From Basidiobolus meristosporus CBS 931.73 (Eukaryota > Fungi > Basidiobolomycota): 64,000 nucleotides of DNA. The translations under genes and the position numbers were made by a program. Positions within the stretch are counted from its first letter, which is position 1, and each line of letters opens with the position of its first letter. The notes under the pieces were generated by a model that saw nothing but the letters and a program-made list of their open reading frames with translations, did not search any database and was not told the origin of the DNA. The stretch is taken from positions 1-64,000 of the forward strand of contig MCFE01000125.1 of the NCBI GenBank assembly GCA_002104905.1. The letters run 5' to 3'. This document shows positions 50,810 through 63,760 of the stretch, piece by piece.

Positions 50810-53800
50810 TGTTATGATCTGCTGCTTGAATGTTTAAGTTAGATCAATTTTTAGTCAAATCAATTAGTATATGTTTAGGTTATCAGTATATCAGTATTAT
50901 CTATGAAATCAGTAGCATTAGTCAGCAAATGAATCAGCAGATCCTTATCAGACAGAAATAGATATATTAAGTAGGATCTTATTGGGTGCTGATGATGCAA
51001 TCAAATGAGTCATCAGCCACAACCTACATTAGGAAATACAATTAGTCAGCAATTGATCTGGCAAAATGTATATAAGGAGCTCCTGGAACCTCAATAAAAA
51101 TCAGTTCAAGTTTTAGTGAATACAATACTAGCTAAACTCCCTATTCCTCTACAACTCTTATACTAAGACTTGTAACATTGGTAGCAGCAATAACCAGAAA
51201 CCTCCCTCCTGAAGAACAAAGACACCACCCTCAAGATGTCAGACAATCAAGAATGGAAGAATGCCATGCAGCAAATCCTGGCCCAACAGCAACATTTACT
51301 CCTGATCCTCAGCCAACAGCAACAAGGAATGACTACCATGGCTCAGAGCCAGCAAAGCCCTGTCAAGAGCAACTCTAGTGTGAAGGTCAACCGGTACCAT
51401 GGCGGAGTCAATTAAAACCTGGGAACTTGGCTCTTTCAGATTGAAGAAGCTTTTAATGCTAAAGGAATTGCTCCAGAAAGCAAGTTGCATTAGGCAGCTT
51501 TTTATTTGGCAGATGCAGCCTTACAATGGTACCACAACAAGATCAGGTCAGCCACTATGATGGGATGCTCTACAATCTCTACCTGGGATCAGTTTGTGTT
51601 GGAAATTCAGGATGCTTTTGAACCTCCATACCAGCAGACACTACTAAGAAGGAAGTTAAAGACACTCAGACAGAAAGGAATGGTTCAAGAATACATCTAT
51701 GAGTACAGATGTCTACTTGGACAAATTGAAAGAATGGACCCCTTGGATCAAGTTGAATACTTTATTGATGGGTTGAAAGAAAGAACTTGCAAGGAAGTGA
51801 ATTACTGAAGACCTCAGACTATTGAAGAAGCCATCAAGATTGCCATTGACTATGACTCAGCTATGTTTGGAGTTGGGAAGCCTACAGTGACTAATCAGAA
51901 AGGCTACAATCATTATGAAAGAAGACAGTCAGAAGCAGTACTAATGGAAATAGACGCTATGCAGAAGAATCCTACCTCAGAAGAATGTAAGAAGAAAGAA
52001 CTTTGCTTCAATTGCCACCAGCAGGGACATATTGCAAAGTACTGCCCTCAGAAAAGAAATGGACACCAGCCAACAAGAACCTTCAACCATATTGAGTCCT
52101 ATGAACACAGTAATGTGGAAGATGAGCTTGAAGAAGACTCGGAACTCACCTTCCACATGACACAAGAATACCTATCCCAGATGACCTCAAACTCAGGAGA
52201 GCTATTATACTTGAATGGAGTAATCAATGGAGTACCTGCCAAGATCATGATTGACTCAGGAGCATTGCATGAGTACATGTCAGACAAATTTGCTCTGAAA
52301 GCAGGAATCAACTCCAAACCTACCAAATCAACTTCAGTCTCCACAGCTGATGGGAACTCTTACATAATCAACCGTATTACCCAGCCAGTAAGAATGAAGA
52401 TCAGTGACTTTGAAGAAGACCTACCGGCCTATATATTTGGGAACTGCAAGTTTGACTTTGTACTTGGAAAAACCTGGCTATTTTGTTGTAATCCATCAAT
52501 CAACTGGAGAACCCATGCTACTCAGATTCAAAAAGACAACAAGACCTTTGAGCTATTACCTGCCAGGCTGGATTTCAACTTGGTCAATTCCAGTGTGTGT
52601 GAGACAAGTGAACTTAGCAAGACCCAGTTCTGTAGAGTGCTTAGAAAAGGTACTCAGATGTTCCTCATGGCGGTTTTACAGGAGGATTCCTCTACCCCAG
52701 CACCCCATCAGGTCCAGACTCTCTTGAAGAAATATTCAGACATGTTTCCAGATGAGCTTGTGAGCCTACCACCAGTCAGAGATGTGGATCATGCCATTGA
52801 CACAGGAGATAGCACTCCAGTGAGCAAGACACCTTACAGAATGAGTCCATTGGAATTGGAGGAAATGAAGAGACAAATTGATCAGCTATTGGAGCAAGGA
52901 TGCATCAGACCCAGCAAGTCACCTTGGGAGCACCAGTGCTTTTTGTGAAAAGGAAGGATGGAACACTTAGGATGTGCATTGACTACAGAGCCCTGAACTC
53001 AGTTACCGTCAAGAATAAGTATCCCATACCTTGGATTGATGAGCTTTTGGACCAACTTAATTGAGCTACTATTTTCAGTAAGATTGACCTCATGTCAGGA
53101 TACAACCAAATTAGGGTGAAACCAGAAGATATTCCTAAGACAGCATTTAGGACCAGATATGGACATTACAAGTACTTAGTCATGAGTTTTGGCCTCACTA
53201 ATGCCCGTGCAACATTCATGACGCTGATGCAGACTGTCATTCAGGAGTACTTAGACAAGTTTGTGATTATCTACCTGGATGACATATTGATATACAGCAA
53301 GACAGAAGAGGATCATGTGATGCACATTGAAAAGGTCTTGAAGAAACTAAGAGAGAACAAGCTATATGGCAAGCTAGCCAAGTGTGCATTCTTCAAGGAA
53401 CATGTTGAATACCTGGGACACATAGTGACCAGCACAGGAGTGACCTTAGACCCTAAGAAGGTTGAAGTTACCAAGAATTTGAAGCAGCCCCATAGCATAT
53501 CAGAACTCAGATCATTCCTTGGAATGGTCTCCTGTTATTGGAGATTTGTCAAGTCTTTTGCAAGTATTACAGCCCCTTTAACTGATATCCTCAAGAAAGA
53601 CAATGCCTACAAGTGGGGCATAGCTTGTGAGACTGCCTTCCGGACACTCAAGAATGGACTTGCTAAGCTGCCAAGCTTAAGAATACCAGACTTCAGAAAA
53701 GAGTTCACTCTGTGCACAGATGCTTCAGATTATGCAATTGGTGGAGTGCTGAGCCAAGAATACAAGGGAAAGGACTACCCTGTTGCCTTTGAATCCAAGA

Positions 53801-55746
53801 AACTGAACTCAGCAGAACAAAACTATCCAGTCCAAGAGAAGGAGATGCTTGCTCTAATACACTGTTTGAAGACATGGAGATGCTATATTGAAGGAGTCAA
53901 ATGCATTGTGAAGACTGATCATGCCTCCCTCAAGTATATATTTACTCAGAAGGTACTCTCTAGAAGAATGACAAGATGGAGTGAATACATTCAGCAACTT
54001 GACCTGGAGATTGTCTACTGCCCTGGAAAAAACAACACAGTTGCTGATGCCTTATCAAGATTAGATCAAGTTGCACAACTCAACATGGTGCATGAATCAG
54101 ATTGGCATAGCCTATTACCAAAGTACTTGGAGGACCAAGCCATTCCTAATGAGGTGGATGAAGAGATAAAGAAGATAATCCGGGATGAAGCCAGCAAATT
54201 TGTTGTACAGGATGAAACACTCTACCAAATTGTTGATGGAAGCCCTATTGCCTATTGTCCTTATGTTGCTTGCCTGGATTTAATACATAAGTTACACAAT
54301 GGATATGGACATCTTGGGATTGAAGGAATCTATAGCCTTGTGAAAGCCAGAGCATGGTGGCCCAGAATGAAACAAGATATTGAGAAGCTAGTGAAAACAT
54401 GCCCAAACTGCCAAATCAATCAAGGCCAGCCACAAAGAATTGCCAAACTCTTCCCTTTGGAGCCTGTAAGAACATTTGAGAGATGGGGAGTTGACTTTAT
54501 TGGAAGACTGCCAACTACCAGGAAATGCAACTGTTGGATCCTAGTAGCAATTGACCATGCCACTAAATGGCCAGTTGCTAAAGCTGTACCAATAGCCAGT
54601 GAACAAGAAGTTGTAAGTTTCATTTACCATGAGATTCTGATGAAGTTTGGATGCCCTGTGGAGATCATATCTGATAGAGGAGCAAACTTTATGGCAAAGA
54701 CATTAGAGGCTTACCTGGAAATGCAGCAGATCAGACACTTGAAAACCTTGGCATATCACCCCAGAACTAATGGAGTCACTGAGCGGTTTAATGGATTATT
54801 TAGAAAAATGCTGACTAAGTATGCAAATGGAATAGTCAGTAGATGGGATGAGTATATAGACCAAGCACACTTTGCATGCAGAGTCAGAGTACACAACACC
54901 ACCCAGCAATCACCACTTTACTTAGTGTATGGATGTGAACCAAGGATTCCAGGAGATCTCACACAACCCAAGCTTACAGATGCCTTAGAAGATGAACTTA
55001 GTCAGCCAAGTAGACACCAGCAACTGGAACAAAGACATCAAGAGGCACAGACCAAAGTATCTCAAAGTACAGAAAAGATGAAGCAGAGATTTGATAAGAC
55101 TATAGCACCAGAAGCATTGACAGTTGGGAACTTTGTATTGCTAAGAATCAACACTTGGAAGAAGTTTGAGCCACAATGGACAGGACCATTCAAGATCATC
55201 AGAGAATGTCCATTTGCAACTTACCAATTGGTGGACAAACAAGGCAATATCCAGGAAGACTTAGTGCATAGGGACAGACTCAAGCTTGCAAGACTTGCTG
55301 ATAATACAGAACCATCAAGATATTGGTATCACAAGAAAAGAGATTCAGGAGAACCCTTTCAACTTTAGTAGGGGAGAATGTTATGATCTGCCGCTTAAAT
55401 GTTTAAGTTAGATCAATTTTTAGTCAAATCAATTAGTATATGCTTAGGTTATCAGTATATCAGTATTATCTATGAAATCAGTAGCATTAGTCAGCAAATG
55501 AATCAGCAGATCCTTATCAGACAGAAATAGATATATTAAGTAGGATCTTATTGGGTGCTGATGATGCAATCAAATGAGTCATCAGCCACAACCTACATTA
55601 GGAAATACAATTAGTCAGCAATTGATCTGGCAAAATGTATATAAGGAGCTGCTAGAACCTCAATAGAAATCAGTTCAAGTTTTAGTGAATACAATACTAG
55701 CTAAACTCCCTATTCCTCTACAACTCTTATATCAAGACTTGTAACA
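50810..55746 (+). mobile_element. Near full-length Ty3/gypsy retrotransposon, single-frame gag-pol, no chromodomain
   Basis: 368-bp LTRs at 50810-51177 and 55379-55746 differ at 8 positions. PBS TGGTAGCAG at 51179-51187, PPT agtaggggagaa. ATG 51236, zinc knuckle CFNCHQQGHIAKYC, protease IDSGA, RT YLDD, RNase H TDASD, integrase H..GHLG..C..C and VDF. A few stops and one -1 frameshift near 52929. Confidence 0.96.
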
Positions 55747-56028
55747 GTAGTGTGATACACATTTACTTCCATTTACATTAAACAAACATATCCAAATACC
55801 TGAGTTTGTTTACCATAATAGTGGTATCCAATTGTGCATGTAATGCAACCATTAGCAGTTGGTGCAATCATCTGTGCCAACCTCATTGTGTCAAACCATG
55901 CCATAATGCACAGGACTGTCCCACATGGTGCAAAATGTCCAAGAGCAATCCTGGCTACTGGTAGCTACAATATTGCACCCAATTGTTCTTAGAAATGGTT
56001 AATTGTGCAGTGTACCCTAGCACAGTTC

Positions 56029-56041
56029 AATGGAACAAGTC
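56029..56041 (-). mobile_element. Right terminal inverted repeat of a large Harbinger-like element
   Basis: AATGGAACAAGTC is the reverse complement of GACTTGTTCCATT, the same terminus as the foldback and the MITE. It lies exactly where homology to the minus-strand gypsy RNase H stops. Confidence 0.6.
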
Positions 56042-59000
56042 TATTGTATTGTGGCAAGCATCCCCTTCTCATGCACTGGATAGTTTTGTTCTGTTGAGTC
56101 CAGTTTCTTGAACTTAGAAGCAACTGGGTAGTGCATTCCCTTATATTCCTGCCTTGGTATTCCACCAGTAGCATAATCTGAAGCATCTGTGCACAGAGTA
56201 AACTCTTTTCTGAAGTCTGGGATTCTTAAGCTTGGTGGCTTAGCAAGTTCATATCTAAGAGTCGGAAAGACAGTCTCACAGGCTATGTCCCACTTCAGGG
56301 TGTCATCTCTCTTGAGATTTTAGTTAAAGGGCTGCAATACTTGCAAAGGACTTGACAAATCTCCAATAATAGGAAGCCATTTCAAGGAACAATATGAGTA
56401 CTAATATGCAATGGGGCTGCTTCAGATTCCTGATGACTACAACCTTCCTGGGGTCCAGGGTTGCTCCTGTGCTAGTCAATGTATGTCCCTGGTATTCAAC
56501 ATGTTCCTTTACAAATTCACACTTTGCTAGCTTGCCATATAGCTTGTTCTCTCATAGCTTCTTTAAGACCTTTTCAATGAGTACCCAGTTGTCCTCTTCT
56601 GCCTTGCTGTATATCAATAAGTCATCTAGGTAAATTACCTCAAACTTGTTTAAGTAATGATGGAAGATGGCTTGCATCAAGGTCACAATTATTGCAAGGG
56701 CATTGGTGGGCCAAAACTCACAGCTAAGTACTTGTAGTGTGCATATCTGGTTCTGAATGCAGTCTCAAGGATGTCTTCTAGTTTCACACTAAACTGGTTG
56801 TATCCATAGTTGAGGTCAATCTTGCTGAATATGGTTGCTGCATTGAGTTGGTCCAAAAGCTGATCAATCCAAGGTATGGGGTACTTATTCTTCACAGTAA
56901 ATGAGTTGTTGACCCTGCAGTCCAAGCACATCTAAAGTATTGCATCCTTCTTCTTCACACAAGGAACTGGTGCTCCCCAAGGTGACTTGCTGAGCTTGAT
57001 GTACCCTTGCTCCAGTAACTGATCTATTTGTCTCTTTGTCTCTTCAACTCTACTGTACTCATTCTGTAAGGTATCTTGCTTACTAGAGGGCTATTTCCTG
57101 TGTCAATGGTATGATTCATGTCTCTATTGGATGGTAGGCTAACAAGCTCTTCTGGAAACACATCTGAAAATTCCTTCAAAAGAGTCTGGACCTTCTGAGG
57201 TACTGGAGTACAGAGATCCTCCAGTAGTGTATATATGAAAAACATACCTTCTCTAAGTGCTCCACAGATCTGTGTATTGTTAAGCTACTTGTTTCACACA
57301 CACTGGAATTGGCCAAGTTGAAGTCCAGTCTGGCAGGTAGGAGCTCATAAGTTTGGTTGCCTTTTTGGATCTGCATGGCATGGGTTATGCAGTGATTGAT
57401 AGATTACCACAGAATAGCCAAGCTTCCCAGTACAAGAACAAACTTGCTGTTCTCATATATGGAGGCCTGTGGGTCCTCTTCATAGTCATTGATCTTCATT
57501 CTTACTGGCTGCGTAATAAGGTTATTTGCATAAGAGTCCTCATCAGCTGTTGTAACTGAAGTTGATTTGGTGGGCTTGAAGTTGATTTCAGCTTACAGGG
57601 CAAATTGCTCTGGCATATGCTCATATGATGCTCCTGAGGCAAACATATGTTATGATCCACTGCTTGAATGTTTAAGTTAGACCAATTTAGTCAAATAAAT
57701 TAGTTTTATATTTAGCTTCTCAATATATCAGTGTTGTCTACTAAATCAGTAGTATTGGTCAGCATATGAATCAGCAAATCCTTACCACACAGAAATTGAT
57801 ATATTTAGTTGGATCTCATTGGGTGACAATGGTGTAATTACATGAGTCATCAGCCACAACTTACATTATGAAATACAATTGGTCAGCAATTGATCTGACA
57901 AACTCTATATGAGTAGCTGCTGGAACCTCAATAAAGATCATTTCAAGTTCTAACAAATGCAATACTAACTAAACTTGCAATTACTTGAAACTCCTATATT
58001 AAGACTTGTAACATTGGTAGCAGCAATAATCAGAAACCTCCCCCCTCAAGAAAGAAGAAGTTTTCCTCAAGATGTTAGAGAATCTACAATGGAAGAATAA
58101 TATGCAGCCACAGTTACTACAGATTCTTAGCCAGCAGCAACAGGGAATGACTATCATGGCCCTGAGCCAGCAAAACCCTATCAACAGCAACTCTTGTGTT
58201 AAGGTCAACCAGTACTATCGCAGAGTAAATGGAAACCTGGGAACCTGGCTCTGCCAGTTTGAAAAAGCTGTTAAGGCTAAGGGAATTTCCCCAGAGAAAA
58301 TTATGTTACGCAACTTTCTACTTTACAGAGGTGGCTTTACAGTGGTGCCACACAAGATCAGGCCAGCTCCATGATGGGATGAGCTACTATCTCTACTTGG
58401 GATGAGTTTGTGCTGGAAATTCACAATGCTTTTGAACCCCCTTATCAGCAAATACTACAAAGAAGGAAGCTGAAGACACTCAGACAAAAAGGAATGGTTC
58501 AAGAGTACATGTATGAAAATAGATGTCTACTTGGACCAATTGAAAGAGTTCAGAGTCAGGAGGGCAACAATACCTATGACCCATTACCTGCCAGACTGAA
58601 GTTTAAGTTGGTCAATTGCGTTGTGTCTGAAACAAGTGAACTTAGCAAGACACAGTTTGGGGGGGCACTTAGATAATGTACTCAAATGTTCCTCATGATG
58701 GTATTACAGAAAAATTCCTCTACACCAGCACACCAGGAGGTCCAAACTCTTTTGAAGGAATACTCACTTGTGTTTCCAGATGAACTTAGAGGTTTACCAT
58801 CAGTCAGAGACATAGATCATGCCATTGACACAGGAGATAGCCCCCCAATGAGTAAGACACAATGCATAGTTAAGTCCATTGAAGTTGGAAAAGACAAAGA
58901 GACAAAAAGTCCTATTATTGGAGCAAGGCTATAGCAGTCCCAGCAAGTCACCATGGGGAGCAATAGAACTCATAGTTAAGAGAAGGATAGAACACTCAGG

Positions 59001-61251
59001 ATGTACATTGACTACAGAGCCCTCAACTCAGTTACTGCAAAGAATAAGTACCCTGTAACAACATATTGCTATAGAGCAAAACAGAAGAGGAACACTTGGT
59101 ACACATTGAAAAGTACTTGCATAAGCTAAGAGAGAACAAGCTATATGGCAAGCTAGCAAATTGAGAATTCTTGAAGAAACAAGTTGAGTAAGAGATTTTA
59201 TTGAATAGAGAGCAAGCTTTCTGGCCAAGCTATTGGAGGCTTACTTGGCAAAGCAGAGGATCAAGCACTTTAAAAACTTGGTATATCACCCTAGAACTAA
59301 TGGAGTCACCAAGGGGTTTAATGATTTATTTGGAAAAATGCTGACCAAGTATTTATATGAAGCTGTCAGTAGATGGGATGCACATGTAGACTAAGCACCC
59401 TTTGCATGCAAAGTGAGAGTACACAACATCACCCAACATTCCCTATTTTACTTAGTGCATGCATTTGAACCAAGGATTCCAGGAGATCTCACATAACCAA
59501 AGCTCATAGACACCATGAAAGATGAGCTCAGGCATCCAAGTAAGCACCAGCAACTGGAACAAAGCTGTCAAGAGGCACAGGCCAATCAATCTCAGTATGC
59601 GGAAAAGATGAAGCAGAGATATGATAAGACTATAGCACCGGAGGCATTGACAGTTGGGAACTCTGTATTGCTGAGAAATAGCAATTCCAAGAAGTTTGAG
59701 CCACAATGGATAGGACCTTTCAGGCTCATCAGAGAATGTCCATTGGCAACTTACCAACTGGTGGAAGAGCATTGGAATTTGCAGGAAGATTCAGTTATAA
59801 AGACAGACTCAAGTTTGCAAGACTTGCTGACAATACTGAACCATTAAGATATTGGTATCACAAGATAACAAGCTCAGGAGAACCATCTCAACTTTGGTAG
59901 GGGAGAACATTATGATGTACTGCTTGAATTTTTAATTTGAATCAGTTTTTAGTCAAATCAGGTAGTTTAATATTTAGCCTATAGGTACATTAGTGTTATC
60001 TATCAAATCAGTAAATACTCTGGTAAAATGTACACAAAGTGCAGCAGGAACCTCAATAAAAATCAGGTCAAGTTTTGGTGAGCACAATACAAGCTAAACC
60101 CTCTATTGCCCTACAACTTATGCATTAAGACTTGTAACACATTTATAGTGATTATTGTCTCTCTAATTAGTCTTTTGGGCTTCCCAATTCCAAACATAGC
60201 TGAGTCAAAGTGCATGGTAATCATCATGGCCTCTTCAATAGTATGAGGTCTTTGATAATCTTCTTCTTTGCAAGTTCTTTCTTTCAACCAATCAGTAAAG
60301 CATTCAACTTGATCAAGTAGGTCCATTCTTTCAATTTTTCCAATTATACATCTATACTCATATATGTATTCTTGAACCATTCTGTTCTGTCTGAGAGTCT
60401 TCAGCTTTCTTCGTATTAGTGTTGGCAGACATGGAGGCTCAAAAGCATCTTGAATTTTAAACACAGACTCCTCCCAGGTAGAGATAGCAGAGCATCCCAT
60501 CATAGTGGCTGACCTTATCTTGTTGTGATGCTACTGTAAAGCTGCTTCTACCAGGTAAGTTGCTGCCTGATGTAACTTGCTTTCTGGAGAAATTGCTTTG
60601 GCCTTGAAAGCTGCTGCAATCTCAGAGAGCCAAGTTCCTAGATTTTTATTGATTACACCATAGTGCAAGTTGACCTTTTCACTAATGTTGCTCTTGACAG
60701 GGCTTTGCTGGTTTTGGGCCATGCCAGTCATACATTGTTGCTGCTAGCTGAGGATCTGAGGTAACTGTTGCTGTTGGGCCAAGACTTGCTGCATAGCATT
60801 CTTCCATTGTTCATTTTCTGACATCTTGAAGGAAGTTTCTTCTTTCTTCAGGAGGGAGGTTTCTGATTATTGCTGCTACCAATGTTACAAGCCTTTATAT
60901 AAGAGTTGTAGAGGAAAGAGGAGTTTAGCTAGTACTGTATTTACAAAAACTTGACCTGATTTTTATTGAGGTTCCAACTGCTCCTTAGAAATAATTTGCT
61001 AGATCAATTGCTGACAGATTTCATTTCACAATACAGGTTGTGGCAGATGACCTACTTGATTGCATCATCTTCACCCAATTACATCTTGCTTAGTATAACT
61101 ATATCTGTCTGATAAAGATCTGCTGACTCATCTGCTGACTAATGTTATTGATCTGAAAGATAACACAAATATATTGAGAGGCTCAGATTAGAACTAATTA
61201 ACTTTACTAAGAACTCAGCTAATCTAAATACTCAAGAAGTATATCATAACA
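56042..61251 (-). mobile_element. Older degenerate gypsy copy (5' LTR, PBS, gag, then protease-RT-RNase H), split by a nested copy
   Basis: LTR at 60883-61251, PBS ttggtagcagc at ~60872-60882, gag at 60140-60830, protease/RT/RNase H homology at 56042-57647. Many stops. Confidence 0.85.
57648..60139 (+). mobile_element. Internally deleted, non-autonomous gypsy derivative
   Basis: 5' LTR 57648-58013 and PBS, then gag, RT and integrase pieces joined by three large deletions, PPT, and a shortened 3' LTR at 59909-60139. Flanks CATA/CATT. Confidence 0.85.
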
Positions 61252-61344
61252 TAAGTACAGATGCTCAATTATTTGTAACTGTACAAGTGAGCGTAAGTCA
61301 TGGTAGTGCTAAATGTTGTGTTAAATCTGAAGTATAATAGTATA

Positions 61345-61553
61345 GACTTGTTCCATCATTCCAGCTGCTCATAGTGCCCAATAGTGCCATAGCATGCCAG
61401 ATGGTGCCTGATCATGCCACAGAGTGCCAGATGGTGCCATACAGTGCCAATTTGGGATCAAAATTGACATGCATATGACCCTAAAATATCAAATTAATAA
61501 CAAAATATACAGCACTTTCTGGCACCATGATCAACAGCACAATGAAACAAGTC
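61345..61553. mobile_element. 209-bp MITE (Tourist/Harbinger-like)
   Basis: TIRs GACTTGTTCCAT and ATGAAACAAGTC (1 mismatch), internal GTGCC/GGCAC subterminal repeats, A/T-only flanks. Confidence 0.75.
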
Positions 61554-62089
61554 TTAAATCTGAAGTATCATGAAGTGGTTCAGCAGCTTAAAGACCCTTC
61601 CTGTAAGAAAGGTTGATCCGGGAGATAACAATGTGCGGTAAGTTACTACTAGCAGATCTATACAGCTAAGCACAAGTGATAACTCTGGGGAAAGATAGCA
61701 ATACTGATTCACATACTCTTATGCATGGAATAGCTGAGAACCAACTAGCAGCTAGTAAAGCAGCTAGCCAGTGACTGTGCTTTATTTTTACTTGCCTGAG
61801 CTGCATAGTGTCATGTGAAAATGAACTGTTATTAACCTGGGAAATCAGAGACTACAATATATATATATAGTTACTAAGCAGGTTATATTACCTGAGTGTT
61901 TCATATATTGCTCAAACTGATTTATCCAACTTGAAGATGTGATATAGGAGGCAAGGACACATTGGGGAATGGAAAATGAGCATATTCATGAAAATTGAAT
62001 TGTTTCAGGACTATATTAGTCAAATCTGCTCAAAATGAGTGTACTCTGTCATGTTTATTTAGCAAACAAGCTAGGTAATTATTCAAGAG

Positions 62090-63760
62090 CTCAGGAGGCA
62101 CTAATACCACCAAGATATTGCTTATTATGCACTTAGGTTGTAATTTGCATACAAGGAACTTATCAAGAAATAGTGATAATAGTTGAATTGTTGTTTGTTT
62201 GTAAAGAAGCTTATTATATATACCTTGTTGGAAGAAATACACCTATAACACTGAGTGATGAGAGGTTTTCAATACTCAGGAGCATTCTGCAACAGTTTCA
62301 GAGTTGGTGCATAATGATTGGTAAAAGGGCTAAATTGAATCTTGACTATAGGGAAATAATCAGGAGATCATAGGTCTGAAGAAAGTGGTGAAGTTTGAGC
62401 TGTAGGGAAGTCCTACAGTGACCAAGACTAGTTCAGAGGTGCTGAGTAAGCTTTTAGCAGCTGAATGATACCAAATAGTCCAATATTACAACAATTTGTG
62501 TGCCAAGAGATACTCTGTGACATTTCTTGATGATACAATAGGTGATACCATAGGTGTGCTTCCTAAAGACAATGGGTGAGGCTTTAGGTAACACCAAGCA
62601 CTTCATGAACATGGCTAGGACACATACTAGGTGTGAAATGAAGGTGCTTCAATGTAAAAATGGTTGTCAAAACCATCTATTGACATGAATATGAGTAAGA
62701 AACTAAGTATATGGAGCTACCAGAAGGCTTTACCATTCCAAAATGTCCCTAAAAGATTTGCAGACTTTGAATATTGCATTATGAGCTCAAGCATACACCT
62801 AGAGCACAATGTAAAAAGATTAGCACATATCTAGCAGATAAATGGGCTCTTTTCTGTTACTGCATGTCACAGTGTACATGGGAAACAGCTTAAAAAGGGG
62901 ATAATCATCCTTGAACTTTAAGTGGATGACACAATATTAGCTACCAGTTACCAGGAGGCACTTCAGCTTGCAAAAGTGTCCTGTTAAGCAAGTTTGGGAT
63001 GAAGTATTTTGCAAACTTGAGCCATCCTCTTGGAGTTGGAGTTGAATATGACATATTTGCCACAAAAACTGTGTTCATAAGTTTGATGCAACTTAGAGAG
63101 TGATTTGGCTAATAGGAACTTATGAAGAAATAGTGATTGTAGAAGAACTGTTTGTTTACTGATAAAGAAGCCCAGTATTTATACCTTTGCAGGAGTAATA
63201 GAACGGTAACATCAAGTAAGAAGGGTTTCTCAACCTTTAGGAGCATTCTATAACAGTTTTAGGGTTAGTATATATTGTTTCATAAAAGTCCAAGTAGGAT
63301 CTCAATTATAGGGGAACAATCATGGGATCATAGATGTGAGGAAAGTGGCAAAGTAAGGGCTATAAGTTAATCAATCAGTGGCCAAGATTAGTTCAGAACA
63401 GTAAAGTAAACTTTGGCTGCTGAATAATACAAAAAAGTCCAATATTTCTACAAAGTCTAGGTACATCAGGGAGATTCTCAACCAGTTGAAACATTAGAGA
63501 GATATATTGGACGTGAAATGGTGAATTAAAAGATATACATGATATTCACTTGTGATTTACTGAGTTGCAACACAGTATTTATACTTATTGCAAAACTACA
63601 TAGATGTGGCTCTTTGCTTATTATTAGGGAAGTCTCAGGAGTACATGTGCAAGTTTCAGCTCATTTGGACAAGTTTTAAATTTTCCTAAAATTCTGTACT
63701 TCACTAATTTCTAATAAATATAAATTTCTTACAAACTAATTTCTAAGTTGATATTTGGAT
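62090..63760. mobile_element. Mosaic of copia relics: RT fragment (+) between inverted LTR-family copies, plus a diverged LTR
   Basis: ~62600-63050 translates as KMVVKT...YMELPEGF and IILEL*VDD...SKFGMK (copia RT). The flanking blocks are homologous to each other and to 46360-46534. ~63487-63710 is homologous to 46636-46854. Confidence 0.55.
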
